A DNA stretch of 63,941 nucleotides, counting the filler, from Bigelowiella natans CCMP2755 (Eukaryota > Protista > Cercozoa), in the NCBI GenBank assembly GCA_000320545.1. It is 7 parts of 7 records of this genome, joined end to end, with 100 filler letters (N's around TTAATTAATTAA, not from the genome) between each part and the next. Parts side by side here need not be neighbours in the genome. Positions count along the whole stretch, not along the records: positions 14,836 to 32,551 come from ADNK01001757.1; positions 32,652 to 49,912 come from ADNK01002884.1; 5 more parts are not named here. One strand, given 5' to 3'. Positions 20,951 through 34,479 of this stretch are shown in pieces; within the stretch, counting starts at the first letter, position 1; each line of letters starts with the position of its first letter. A program made the position numbers and the translations under genes. The notes beneath the pieces are model-generated. The model did no database searches, had not been told where the DNA came from, and worked only from the letters and a program-made list of their open reading frames with translations.

Positions 20951-23437
20951 TCACTTAGCTGAGGGGGCAATGTTGTGCATAGGAAAGTGCCATGGCATGA
21001 ACTCCTCGATCCAATCGATGCAGGCCTGAACGCCCGCAGAGGAAAAGGCCTCTCCAACAAAATAAAGCTGCCGCTGCCCCTGCAACTCGTGCAGCTTGTC
21101 GAAGAAATCCTTCTTCTCCGCCTCGGGGGGTACGTGAACCGGCCAGTGGAATCGGCGGAAGCCGATGACTCTCTTCACACTAGCGCCCAGTTCGAGCTTG
21201 AGCTCTTCTCGCATCAGCTTCTCTTTCTCCTCCTTATTCAGCTTGTCGTCAGGATAAGCAATGCAGCCAACGATGTTGCTGTCTGCATAGTCCTTGGAGA
21301 GCGCGTAGGGACGGCTATCGTATGGCAGCCCCTTCCGCGTGCCGAAGTTTGTCGTACGCTCGCCAAACACGATCGAGTTCGTTTTGCCGAATCTCTCCTC
21401 ATCCCAGCTCTCAAGCTCGACCAGCCATGTCTCCAGTCCTGGATTTACCTTCATCATGGAGAGAAGTTCCTTTGCCGGGTGTTTTGGCGGGAGGAAGTCG
21501 AATTTGCCTAAACCGCAAACGATCACACAATCAAACGCCTCAGTAGTGGTAGTGGCAGTGGTAGTAGCAGTAGTAGTAGTTGTAGGAGTTCCCGTAGTAG
21601 CTGCTGCGGCGTTGCTGTCTTTGTCACTGCCATTCTTGGCCTCGTTGTCATCACCACCATCGTTTTGTTTATTTCTTAGCTCGGATTTCTTCTCATCCTC
21701 TCCTTCACCCTCTGATTCCACCATGGTGGTGGTGACAAGCCAGCCTATCTTCTTCTTCGTTTGTTTTTTCTTCCCTCCTCCTACCTCCTCCTTCGCCTCT
21801 CCCCATTCTAGGTCCGTGACCGGACAGCTGAGTCGCACTTCAGTTTTGTCTTTCGCAATAATCTTTTGAAGCAGTGGTTGGTATCCGTTCTTCAGCGCGT
21901 ACTGGCCTCCAGGAATCTCGCCTACGGAGGATGAGGGGGGGGGGAGGGGAGGGACGTAAGTGAGAACAGTTCCAAACAGACGCGCAGATGGGTTGGAGCG
22001 TGGTGCGATTTTGTTTAAGTTTCCGATACGACTCCTTTTATTGAAAGAATAAGGCTTGTGTATGCATGCATGGTATATTTTGTTTCACTAGTATATGTTT
22101 GGCAGCGTATACTCCTCTGTTCTTTGAACTAGATTAGACATGGAAGCACCGTCAGGCTTGTCCAAGTATTCTTTTAGCTTTGGATGAGTTTTGAATGTCT
22201 TCAGAAACTGTAGCTTCAGAGCGTCTAGCCCCTCGGCCTTATCGAGGGCTGAACCGGAAGGAATATTTGAAGGAAACGTAATCATTAAGACATTGGGGAG
22301 GGGGGGCAAGCAGAAGCTGTGGAGGTTTAACATCTAGGATCGGCGGGCAAAGTAAAAAGTCACTCGTTAATTGTATAAAACCCCTCCGAATTCCCCACTT
22401 TTCCTTCCTTCCCCCCCCCAACAAAAACTCGGTATCATATTGCCACAAAGCTACAACCTGCTCTGACGATCTTCCAGAGATATGGCACGATGTAATGCTG
22501 GCGATAAGATAGCGCTTGAGCGGCCGAGTGTTCGAGGGCCGGACCCGCGCCAAACATGTCACTAAGGTACGCCCCTAACGTCGTCAAGGCCTGTAGTTCC
22601 TTCCGCACACCCCACTCATAGAACGTCTCGCCTTTCCTAGTCAGTCCTTTGTCGAGCACCTCATGGATCCCAGGATACTGATTAAACACATCCGCGACCT
22701 CGAAGCCCTTGATCATGTCCAGAATGATCTTCTTCCTCTCAAAGCCTGCAAGGCATGGCGGGATGTTGCTGAACTCCTTGCTCTTGTAGTACCAAGTTAC
22801 TGGTGCTGTGATGAGCCAGAAGTCGCGTTTTTAGTGATGATAATTCGTAACGATGATGATTTATGCATTATTTTGGCGATTATTTTGCGCCTACTCCCTT
22901 GCAAGAGTACACTTACGGGATAGAGAACAGAGAACTAGGGAAGGAAAGAGCGCGGCAGAATATAGACAGGATATACGTGTTTGATAAGATAGACTGTTTC
23001 CCGTAAACTCACATTCTCATGTACAGGTAGCCAGAGAGAAAGAAGAAATAGAGACACATGATTTAGTTAGTGTTGTTGCGTACGCTGCGTGATGATAAGC
23101 TCCTCTTTGTACTCCTCGAGGAGTTTTTTGAAGGCAGGATGTGGTCCTTCATCGTGGGTGGTCAGGATTGGGATGTACTTCGTTGAGAGATCGTAAGCTT
23201 TTCCATCCACTACCATCGTATCGGCTTGGCCGCCAACCTTTTCGCGCTTTTCGAACATCACCACGTTCTTGTATCCCTAGCGTTTTAGCCATTGCGCTGT
23301 CAAAACGCCCGTCACCCCGCCCCAATAATTGCAATTTTGGCGTCCGCCGAGAGCCCAGAGCCACCGGTGACTCTGCGAATATATTTGTCTTTCCTCCGCA
23401 AGCTGGCGTCTTGGTAGTAGGAGATCCCACACCCCAT
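20951..23437 (-). CDS. FAD-dependent oxidoreductase, polyenoic fatty-acid isomerase (PAI)-like; one frameshift and one in-frame TAG in exon 1 as assembled
   Basis: MGCG N-terminus; KIAIIGAG/VTGVLTA...GYKNVVMFEKREKVGG dinucleotide-binding motif; C-terminal DFFDKLHELQGQRQLYFVGEAFS resembles the PAI-family QGxxxxYxxGE end; multi-exon. Confidence 0.7.
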
Positions 23438-23908
23438 TGTCGATGAGTGAGTCTTGAGCCGCGATCGGGGTTGTCGGCCGTACGCGGAATCGTTTTGTGC
23501 TTTTCTTTTTGTCCGATCGGCGTGCGCAAGGTAGCAGTTGATGCCCCAGACAGCCCCTCCTCGAGCGTAAGGCGTGACATCGTGCGAGCAAGGAAAGCTC
23601 TTCCCTCTTCACTCCATGCAGCTAGTGCACCGACAGCTGTTAGTGCCGGTCTAATCCCGGGACTGGGATTTGCAATCCGGAAATGGCGGCGTTTGCGCGA
23701 ATTTTTTTTAAGTTGTTTCAAAAAGTCGGCCGGCTGGATACTTGCATTCGGTTACCACGGCCGAAGTGGACGACCCCCTACTAGAACTCACAAGAAGATC
23801 TGCATCGCGTTCGGAAGTGTTTGCGTCCTCCACTCGCATCTGCTAAAGATCCGAGCTTAAATTGGGCCCGTCGAAGCGTTATAAAGTCAAGTCCTACTTG
23901 CCTTCATC

Positions 23909-25766
23909 ATGCTGCTTTTTTTCGGTATTCTACTCAGCGGCTTTCCTGCGCATGCTGGGAATGAGCCTAACCCACCATCATTCCCGGATACTGTCAAAAT
24001 ATTCTCGCCGAAAACCGACCCAGCGAAGATTCAGTCAGCCATAAACGATGCGTTCGCCAAGAATGGAGGGCATAACCCATCGAACAACGGCCAGTTCTCT
24101 TCGCTGAGATACGCGTTCATGTTTCTTCCGGGGAACTACACCACAGACGTGCCGGTTGGGTTTTATACACAGATTCTAGGGCTGGGGGAAAATCCCGACG
24201 ACGTGGTTTTCTCGAGCGAAAACGGTTTGTTTGACTCTGATACCCTAATCGCATCTCCGCCCTCCAATTGTCCCCCCAACTCAAATTCGATGTCTTTGCA
24301 TAGGTGTCTATTCTCCTGAAGGTGATTATGGGCTTGCCGGAGCCCTTTGTAGTTTCTGGAGATCTGCCGAAAATTTTGCCAGCAATGCATATGCAGCATG
24401 GACGACTGGCACCGGGATGCTGTGGGCCGTGTCTCAAGCTGCTCCGCTTCGCCGTGTGCATGTCAAAAACACGCTTGTTCTCTACCAATATGAGCCGCCT
24501 ATTCCGCAGGCTGGATATTCTAGTGGCGGCTATTTTGCTGATATGCTGGTCGACGGAGCGGTTACGTCAGGGTCACAGCAGCAATGGTTCGCAAGGTCTT
24601 CAAAAATACAACAGTGGAAAGGAGGGGTGTGGAACATGGTGTTTGCAGGAGTCGATGGCGCGCCAGCACCTCATTGCGGAAATAAGGACAGTTCACCCTA
24701 CGTTGTACTCGACGACCTCAACATGATAGCTGGCAAACCTTTCATAACTGCAAAACCAGACGGTACGGAATCCTTGGATTTTTATCCGCCGCATGCATCG
24801 TGACCGATCGTTGTTTCTTTTTTGTTTAATCAAAGGTTCAAAGTTTTACCTCAATGTGCCCCCAGTACTCAAAGGCCAGACCGGCCCGTCTTTCGACGCC
24901 CCCAATCGGGTTGTTGACTTTTCTAACGTCTATGTCACAACGCCATCGGACACAGCAGCAACAATGAATGCGAAGCTTGCGGAGGGGCTCGACCTCGTGA
25001 TATCTCCGGGAATTTATAAAATTGACGAGCCGATCGAAGTGATGAAGGATGATCAGGTGGTGCTTTGCCTTGGGATGGCGACTCTTAAATCAGTCGATGG
25101 AAATGCTGTCATCCGAGTCGGTAATAAAGACGGAGTGCGTATTGGCGGTTGCCTCCTGGAGGCTGGCCCTAAGAACACGTCCGCGCTGCTGCAATGGGGG
25201 GACGGCACCTACGCAGGGAAAGGGGAGAATCCTGGAATCATCCAAGATGTATTCGCGCGTGTCGGTGGGCCTGACACGGAGGAGGTGTTTGCGGACGTGA
25301 TGATCAACATACAATCTGGACATGTGATTGGCGATAACCTATGGCTATGGAGGGCCGATCACACCGTAGCTGGAGAAGTGACGAACTCCACCAACAAGTG
25401 CACATCCGGACTAGTTGTGGGGGGGGACGACGTTACGATGCTTGGCCTAGCTGTTGAACATACACTTGGAGATCTGGTCTCGTGGACAGGGTAAATGCTA
25501 CGCAGTCATCCTCCTTCCTCTTCCTCCCAATCCTAATATAACCGACCGATTCGACACTTTCATCTTTAATAACCCCCCTCCCAACTTACCACATCCTCTA
25601 ACACACATATTACACACATATATATATATATATATATATAATATAATATAATTCCAGTGAAAGAGGAGAAACTGTATTCTTTCAATCGGAGCTGCCTTAT
25701 GACGTTACGGAAGAAAACTATGGCTCGAAGGTATGATCAAGTGGACTCTTCAAGAAAATATATATG

Positions 25767-25841
<75 letters not shown>

Positions 25842-26381
25842 TTATATATTCACTTTAATTTTATTGTATCTTGATGCGAAATTCTAATCTACCTCGAAGG
25901 GGTACGCGGGTTATCGAGTTGATGATGCAGTTAAAGAGCACACGGCCTATGGGCTTGTAAGTCTCGAACGCTACTTTCTTACATCAACAGCATCTATCTG
26001 CGATAGCGAAATAAATCTGTGCATTATAACGCAGGGGGTATACACCAACTTCGTTGCTGACAATGTCACCATCAGCGCGGGGGTCCAAGTCCCTGAAGAC
26101 CTTGTAAGTTTACGTGCAATGGCACTTCGTTGTTCACTGGCGCTCAAACTTACACGATTCCTTGCCTTGACCTAATCTGATCATCTCTGATGCCAACGAC
26201 CTTTCTCGTCCAGGTGTCCTCTGCACATTCCTCGGTCGCAGTCTACCTCAGTGGAAGAGGAATCGTAATGATACGCAACCCTCTTCTATTCTCCCTTTCC
26301 CCACTAATTATTTCCTCGCCCCCTTGGCATGCCTTCTTTTAATGAAAGGCGACGTAGTCCTTAATCGACCATGAGATCTGC

Positions 26382-26433
<52 letters not shown>

Positions 26434-26529
26434 TATTGCTAGATGAATCATATCGTACGAGACCAAGGAGATTCCACGGGCTGGAACACACAGAGTAAGC
26501 CATTCTATACACACACACACACACACACA

Positions 26530-26576
<47 letters not shown>

Positions 26577-26656
26577 ATTAATATATATAGACTTACGATC
26601 AAACAGATGATTTTGCACACAATGCATAAGATCTCTGCCTACCAAATGGCACTACG

Positions 26657-26695
<39 letters not shown>

Positions 26696-26802
26696 ATGTA
26701 TGTGTGTGTGTGTGTTTATTTTCAGTGGTTGCGTACCTTTGCGACGAAGAAAACGATGTTTACCGTCCGTCTCTAGAAAAGCGTATGCAGACTTTTGCTT
26801 GA
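23909..26802 (+). CDS. GH55 exo-beta-1,3-glucanase, bacterial (Streptomyces Lam55A-like) subtype, secreted, ~9 exons
   Basis: Signal peptide; QFSSLRYAFMFLPG, VGFYTQILGLG, FWRSAENF, WAVSQAAPLRRVH, GSQQQW, GGVWNMVFAG, NLWLWRADH, GLAVEH and FQSELPYD (catalytic Glu) across spliced exons. Confidence 0.88.
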
Positions 26803-27838
26803 CTTCGCTAAATCTTGTGCGAAATCATCGCTAAATCTTGTGCGAAATCGTCGTCAGTGAAAGTGTTCTCTCATGAACCACAGCATGTACGATACACCCA
26901 CGCACGTGCGACAGGGCTGAGTGTGCGTCTTCCCCCCCCCCCCCTCAGCATCATGTTAAATAATACTATATGCAATGTGCGCTTGTACATGTAGGCATCG
27001 TGTGTGACGGATGCGCAATGAATTGCTATTTTTTTCAATCGTCATGCTGATAATGAAACTTGTTTTGGCATGCACAGCAGCGGCCACAGCGCTTAATATA
27101 ACAAGTTACGTTGCATTTGTTCTAGTTTGTTTATTTTATCACATCGGCTATGTTGTTGTGCTATGTTCATGCATGCGTGAATGCGATCGATGCATTAATT
27201 GTGATCACATTTCGCACGGGCAGTGCAATGCTCTCACGACTATATGTAACATTGGGATGATGAGCTATTGGAGCAATGTGATCACATTGCATTACAGACG
27301 TACCTCGGCTCCGTCTCATGTGTACACGTGATACGATGACGCAAGAATGTAGCGCAAAGTTCGACGATCAATTGCACCGTGCTGGGTTCATGTTCTCACG
27401 CTACATGTCATCGGCACAGCCCGTGCAGTCACTGGGCTCGCGATCAAGAGCGAATATGCACGCATGTGCTTGTACATGGCGCGGTCATGCATAAGACCGA
27501 TGCGCGGTCTAATAAAGGTCGTGCATGTGCAGAGCTATGCTATGAAACAGGGTTGATGATCGAAACTGTTGTATTTTTCAATAATGGATTGCTACTTATT
27601 ACATGCACCGCATCGTCGTCATCATATGCGCGGTTTATTCGATGATAGCAGGAGCTCGCGCATGATGCCTTCAAGGTGAGACTACTTCATCATAAATACG
27701 TACACAAAACAAATCGCTTTTTTCTGACTGAATTGAAATGTTTCTAAGTTGTTTGAGAATTCTTTTTGAATGCAACAAAGTCTCTGCCAACGGACTTTAG
27801 AAAAACAATATTATATGTCAGCTTGTACGTGCAAGAGG

Positions 27839-29794
27839 TCACTTTTTTGCAGAGCTCGCATCTTTCCCTTCGCTCGAATCTGCTCCTGTACTACCCCCGA
27901 AGCTGAAAGGTTTTCCTGAATTCGTTCCCGTACTATTACCAGTGAAGTTGAAACCTTTGCTTGAATTCGCTCCATTCGTCGAATTTGCTCCGGGACCGCC
28001 ACTAGCGAAGTTAAATTTGAATTTATTTGCATTAGCATTAGCATTGGCTTGGTTCGCAAAGCTAAAAGGTGCGGCATTTTTGAAAATGCTGGTGTTGCTT
28101 CCGGCAGCACTCTTGCCTGATGCTGTATTAAAAGAGAAAGGTGTGGAAGTTGAAGTGAAGTTGAAGTTCGTTGCGGCGCCAGTCGATGTTGTTGTCGCCG
28201 CTTTCTCCGCTTGCATTGGCGCCGTTGCTGTGAAGTTAAATTTCTTTTCTACACCTGTTGACGTAGTAGTCGTCGCTGATTTTTCCGCCTGCATTGGAGT
28301 TGGGGTGCTATGATCACCTGTAGCTGCAGCATTGCTGGTGAATTTAAAAGGCACTGTGCCACCGCTTTTGCCTCGGAGCACTGGCGTGCTGGCCTGAGAT
28401 CTACTGAAAGGGCCACTTTCTTCTTTCTTTCCTTCTTCTTTTTGCTTTTTGGTCCCCCCCTGCTTTCCTTTTCGTGAAATTTTGATTTTGCGTTTGGGTG
28501 CAACTTGAGCTGGGGTTCGAAAGGGGTGGCTGTTGAATGCGTTGCGATAAAATTCGATGCTCTGGGAAGTGCCGCCCACGCCCTCCGTTGATACAACGAG
28601 TTTCTCTTTTTTTGATTCGCAGTTCGACAATCGTATTTTGACCGTGAATGTTTTTTTCGTCGAAAGTTGTTTCATCTCTCCAACTAGCCAGCCGTCGTTA
28701 AATTCATTAAACTTAATAGGATTGGCCGCATTCGCGAGGTTCGGGCGAAGCTGGTATCCGTCATCGTCGCGAGAGAGGTGAGCATTATTCCAATAAGTGA
28801 GTGGCGGTTGAAGCCTAATTCCAAGCTTGACAGACTTATACCATGAGCCAAGAAGCCGATCAGAAGGTTCCCACTCAGTATTTGTCTCGGTAAACTCCCC
28901 ATTTTCGAATGTATAACTAATTTTTTTGTTGGCTGTCGGCTGATCATCAGTGCGGCAGTCAATTACCAATACTTCGGTCTTCTTCCCCGGTGTGAACGAA
29001 GACCCCTTCTCCAAAGCATTAATCTCGTTTTGGTACTTTCGAGCAGTGGACATCTCAGCCTGGAATTGCTTAGTTAATTCTGTTGTCTCCATGTCATCGG
29101 TGGCACAGATCATTTTATTCTGCACGTCCGTCATGCGTTTCTTCGCCCCTTGGAGATTGATTTTAAGATACTCATATTCATGCTTTAATTTGGAAAGCAG
29201 CGGTCCTACAATTTGATCACCACGCAGATGCATTGCTCCGGTAGGGGTAATCGTGACATTATACAATTTACCTTGAAAGAAAACAGAGTCCCCGTTTTCG
29301 AGGGGTTTTGCCACTGCATCCTCGTTACCAAAACTCCCAAAACCAAACGACCCAGGTCGGGATCCAAACCCCCCCGGTCGGGCTGGGTTCTTGCCAGCTT
29401 CGACTTCGTGGACTCCGCACTTTCCGACGATACTGAATACTCTTGTGTGTAAATTTAGCCATTGTACCTCGCCGTCCGCATACTGAAAATGAAAGGGAAG
29501 GTTGGAATCTCGCATTCATGCAACAAAACGTGACAGCAGTACCTCAACTCGATGCAATTTTGACCTATTACTCCACATAGTTGGAACACAAACGAACCAA
29601 GCAAGTTTATTAGGCCAGTAAATGCTTAGGCGCTTATTGAGAAGCATCAGAGGGCTCGAGGTGCTGTCGTACTGCCACTCAAATTTCTCATCCTCCCCGT
29701 AGCCCTCTTGATGCGGACACACTGGACGATCAGGCATAGTGACTAAGTTAGAATTCACAACTTGTGGTTGGGGAACCCCCCCAAAGTTAAACAT
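27839..29794 (-). CDS. Tudor-like domain + coiled coil + FG/FNF-repeat C-terminus (nucleoporin-like)
   Basis: ATG at 29794 (MFNFGG); 60-nt GT-AG intron 29483-29542 joins LLNKRLSIYWP..WF..HRVE|YADGEVQWLNL (PDS5/MSH6-type Tudor); C-terminal FKF/FNF/FSF/PFSFG repeats in a T/S/N/G-rich background. Confidence 0.65.
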
Positions 29795-30180
29795 TGTAGT
29801 AGTTGCAGGCAAGAGATCAATTGAGGTAGATATCTCTTGAAACTCCGCTGCGCCAGGAGTTGCATTTCTGGGCGGAAAATATCCAAAAAGAATAGGATAT
29901 TCTCCCTGCGACAACAGTTTATTCCGATAGTCTCTGCCAACGGCATGTCGAACTCCTATTGAACGAACGTGAGAACGTCGTAAACGTCGCGTTTGTTGAA
30001 AAAAAGGGAAGGAAAAATGAAAAACAAGGATCAGCCTTTCAAGCTTTAACTTCTTTGACTTTTGATAGAAATACCTACTGGAGATTTCGGCCGATTTAAT
30101 ATTCAATCCCTTGTCGCAATGGAATATCCTAGGCGAAACAGCTGCATGCAGCTGCCGATTGAAAGCCAACAGGGATGGGA

Positions 30181-31632
30181 ATGACTGCTCAAAGCTCCAG
30201 TGGAGGCGACCCAGGCAACCGCGCGGTATTCCGGTCGGCATCGATTCGATGGGCGGTAAAGATGATACAGATGGATCATAGATCATAATGCTTAGTGAAT
30301 TATCTTGTTCTCGAAGGTACGGGTCAGCAAGTGGGATCCAACCGTCACTGCATACAAGGAAGCTCTGGCGCTTTTGCACGAAGGTAGATCACGTTGATGC
30401 ACTTTTTGGTTCGGACTCAGCTTGTTGTCGCCTAAAAAATGGTTTTAATTCGAATAGATGAAGCGAAGCGCGTCGCAAAATTTCGATTCTTCGATGATGC
30501 CAAACGCTCGCTCATGGTAGTACATGTGGGAGGAGGAAGTCACTCAGAGAAATATATTTACATTGTGCGTTTTCTACACACGCATCGCAGGGCCGATTGC
30601 TCGTAAGGAAACTTCTCAAAGATATCATGGTTGTACCCCGAATACATAATTGCGACTAGGACATGTTCCATCGTCACCATCCTCCTCGTGTGTTCTTCGC
30701 CATAACTAGCAAATGCCGACAATTGACTTAAAGCGGACGCAGAAGGGAAAACCATACATAGCAAATCCCCAGGTATGAGGATGGAGAAAAGAACTATAGA
30801 TTATTGTTGTAGCTTTACGTATGCAGGAAGGGGCGGGCGGGGGTGGGCGGAAAATGGCCAACGTCTGAGAAAACAAATTGGAGCAAATGCAATCCTTAAT
30901 AATCAATACCGGCTGATCTCTGTCGAAGCTGCCCATGACATTTTCTACTTCTAGGAATGCCCTATTGAGGAACTAAAGCATATGCAATTTAACGTCAGCC
31001 ACCACGGCGATTGGTATCGAAGTCATACCCGCATTGTCATTAGCTTTTAGCACTTTCCAAACTTGCAGTACCGAGCTTCCCAAAGCAAGGGAAGAACGCC
31101 ATGGGTTGAAACAGGAACATAGTGAGCATTCCTCTATTGTTTTCCAATTAGTCTTCAAAAGCTCACACACTATTCCTGTACTGCTTAACCTGCAGCTGCT
31201 GCCTCTGCCCTTCCGACACTCTGCTGCTGAATGACAACTTATTCTTCGTTATGCTGCATATTGCTATGAAATGAAGGGTGGTCCTTGCAGCGGAGTCTTG
31301 TTTCAGCGTTGGGATTGATGTGATGGGCATAGAACGGCCTGGGAGAGGTAATAGCTGTGTCGTGTTAAAAAGTAGATCCAATGATGACAGCGAATACATC
31401 GCGGTCGGCTGTCCTGCAAAATATGCATGCACACCAAATGGCGGAACGAATTTTCACCTGTACTTGCAGAGTGTGTTAAGAATTTCTTTCAAATGCAAGC
31501 GAAATTTTATCGCATTTTAAGCAACTCCGAAGTAGGCTGATGCTATTACCTATGTCTCCAGGCTCTCTAGGGAGCTTCTTCAAGAACATGCGCTCTAATT
31601 TCTCTGAAGGTAAAACTGCTATTTGGTATGAA

Positions 31633-31676
<44 letters not shown>

Positions 31677-32551
31677 GGGGGGGGGGAGCGTTCTAGCACG
31701 CGCGCGCACACACACACATATCCGCACATATGATAATCCTAGGTGAGTGGAGCCACGTGATGGCGGACGAGGGTGGGGACAGAGGGAGGCTGACCCGCTT
31801 TATGAGACTCTGGACACTAAAGGAGAGCTACGTCAAAGCGGTTGTTCTTGAGATGCGTGCATGGATTCATGCTTTCATTCATACTACGACGATGATCACG
31901 ATTTATTCTCGCATATGATATGCATGTAACAACACGCAAACAGACACACAGACACACACACACACACACACACACACGCTCTCTCTCTCTCTCTCTCGCT
32001 CGCTCGCTCGCTCTTTCTATGACACATGCACACTGATTGGGGAAAAATTCCTTTACCAGAGGGGCGAAGGCCTCTCCATCTCTCCGAACCGCGTCTGCTT
32101 TGAGATGAGGAGGAGGAGGGGAGGCACAACCAGGCCAGCCACAACATCGATGCGACAGAAGCCTATTAGCGACGGTGAAGGCGATGAGAAGGATGGTAAG
32201 AGTATCAATGGGGATCAAAGCAGCAGCAGCAGCAGTAGTAGTAGTAGAAGTAGCATCTTTCGCGATAGGAAATGCTGGGAGGAGCACCCAGCCTCCTCCA
32301 TATCCAACAAGCAGCCAGTAACAACGCGTCGTCGTCAAGATTTCTTCCTGCAGGGCAAGTATGAACGAGAGGGTGGGAACGTGAAGGAGGAGGAGGAGAA
32401 GGCGGAGGGCGGGGGTGAGGGGGAAAGAGAGGAGGAAAAGGCAAGAAATGGAGACTTCGTTGATTCAGGAGGCGGTCTGAAAGCAGCTGTTGATGCTCCG
32501 AAGCTGTTCGACCCCTACACCGACATGAGCCACCTTGTAATACTCACCAGC
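30181..32551 (+). CDS. AASDHPPT: 4'-phosphopantetheinyl transferase (Sfp/Lys5/AASDHPPT type), 3' end truncated by gap
   Basis: Spliced motifs SIRWA, KFRFFDDAKRSLM|GRLL, RTQKGKPY, FNVSHHGDW, VGIDVM, WTLKESYVKA. Confidence 0.88.
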
Positions 32552-32651
32552 NNNNNNNNNNNNNNNNNNNNNNNNNNNNNNNNNNNNNNNNNNNNTTAAT
32601 TAATTAANNNNNNNNNNNNNNNNNNNNNNNNNNNNNNNNNNNNNNNNNNNN

Positions 32652-33373
32652 ATAATAAGCAATCTCATCTACAACCCAACAACACTTGCCCAGCATGAAT
32701 CGTGTCAGTAGTAAGATGCGCCGTGCGAGGGCTCACACCTCACCTTGTTTTTTCTAAGCCTTGGGAAGGAACTTGCTGCATTTTTTCATTTTCTCTCTTC
32801 TCTCTCTCTCTCTCCCTCCCTCCCTCCCTCCCCGCCCCCCCCAGGCTGAAGCAGCGCGTCGCCCTCATCGGCAAGTTCGCATTCATTGCGTGGGAATGCA
32901 GAACACAGAACAACTTCCTGATGAGCTATGCTATCTCAGCTGGCCTTGGGTAGTAGAAGTAGTAACAGTAGTCGCCGTGTAGCAGTAGCAGCGGCAGTGG
33001 TGATGGTGGCGGTGGTGTGCTCGAGCACCACCAAGCGTTGCGTACATCGATGCGTTTGGCCACGGCCTCTCCCCAAACACACCGCAGTGCGCGGCATGGC
33101 CGTCGCTGTTTCTAACGAAGAAACGATTACTCGCGCGTTTGCGACATTTCCTTGGTGAAAGCAGTGTGTTTCGAGGAGGGGCTGTTTCAGATGGTGACTG
33201 GAATGTTGGTTGTTTCTTTCCCCCCCACCCTCCCCCTCCGTTGTATTATCTTAGATCAAACCCCATCTACCGTTTGAAGAAGACCAAGGAGCTCCTTGGA
33301 CAACGTAAGAGCAGCATCATGGGTTCCTCCCACGAATTCGCAAGCATGCAAATTTACTCTATATGCATAATAT

Positions 33374-33414
<41 letters not shown>

Positions 33415-33671
33415 ATGTGCGTGCAGGCACAATGGAGAAGATGGCGATGTTGAACCAGCTTTACGCGAAGGGGGCGGGCAGCGACCAATATCGAAACGTA
33501 GCGCTATTTTTGAGAAGATATCGATCTCTTGCACTCACCTATATAACCCTAACCAAAAAACGGGCAAAAAAAAAGAGGAAAAAGCTTAGCACCTGCCGTC
33601 TTTTCGCCGCTCAATAGCAAATCCCAAGGCGCTACCACCTATATATCACAAATGTTTACTATCTATATAAT

Positions 33672-33742
<71 letters not shown>

Positions 33743-34259
33743 TACAAATATTTTCTCACCGTATACTACTCGATCGCTGCTGCTCGCTCATATGGTGGTG
33801 ATGGATGGTAGGCCCTGAAACACGCGGTTGACAATCCGTGCGTCCCATACATCGGGACAACGCTCAAGGACCTCACCTTCATGCACGACGGCAATAAGGA
33901 TACCGTGTGCGGCATGGTCAACTTCTACAAGCGTGTGCTTATGTCCGACTCAATCCAACAGCTGGACCAATTCCAGAGGAAGAGGTGAGGATGGGGCGGA
34001 GAGCTATTGCAATGATTCATGGGGGCGGTCGCGTGTGGTGGCTGCTGCCTGCACTGCGCAGTATTTATGAGTGTGTGGGTTGATGGTGCCCTGTGTTTGG
34101 TGACTGTGGAAGGTACTTATTTGCTCCAGTGAATTTCATCCAAGATCAGCTAAGGTGCGGTGTGTTCCTTGCATGGTTGGTGGAGAGATGAGAAGATAAG
34201 AGGGCGAGATTGGGGGAGGGGGAGGTGGGGGAACTACCACGCCCATAAGAGTTCTTTAA

Positions 34260-34296
<37 letters not shown>

Positions 34297-34479
34297 AAGC
34301 CAACTACAATTATCTTAACGTTCATTGGAACGACAACTTCTTCACGTGGTTTTTCCTCTCCTTTTATGTATTTGGACATTTGCCGTTTTCGCAGGAGAGA
34401 TTTCACTCTGATGGAAACCGAGAAGGGGTCGGAGCAGTATCTATACGATAAGTCATTGGAGCGCGAGCCAAGGGAGTAG
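32652..34479 (+). CDS. RasGEF (CDC25 domain) C-terminal exons, 5' end truncated by gap
   Basis: RVALIGKFAFIA..NNFLMSYAISAGL, PIYRLKKT, PCVPYIGTTLKDLTFMHDGN, MVNFYKR, LYDKSLEREPRE-stop. Confidence 0.92.

Noticed and set aside
23277-23280. In-frame TAG as evidence of stop-codon reassignment
   Set aside because: Other genes here terminate at TAG (10728-10730, 34477-34479), and long ORFs lack internal TAG.
26806-26852. Short (~23-bp) tandem duplication after the GH55 stop
   Set aside because: Simple local duplication with no further structure.
29795-30379. 5' extension of the 287-aa minus-strand ORF
   Set aside because: Non-ATG start overlapping the divergent promoter and PPTase exon 1; the likely start is the ATG at 29794.
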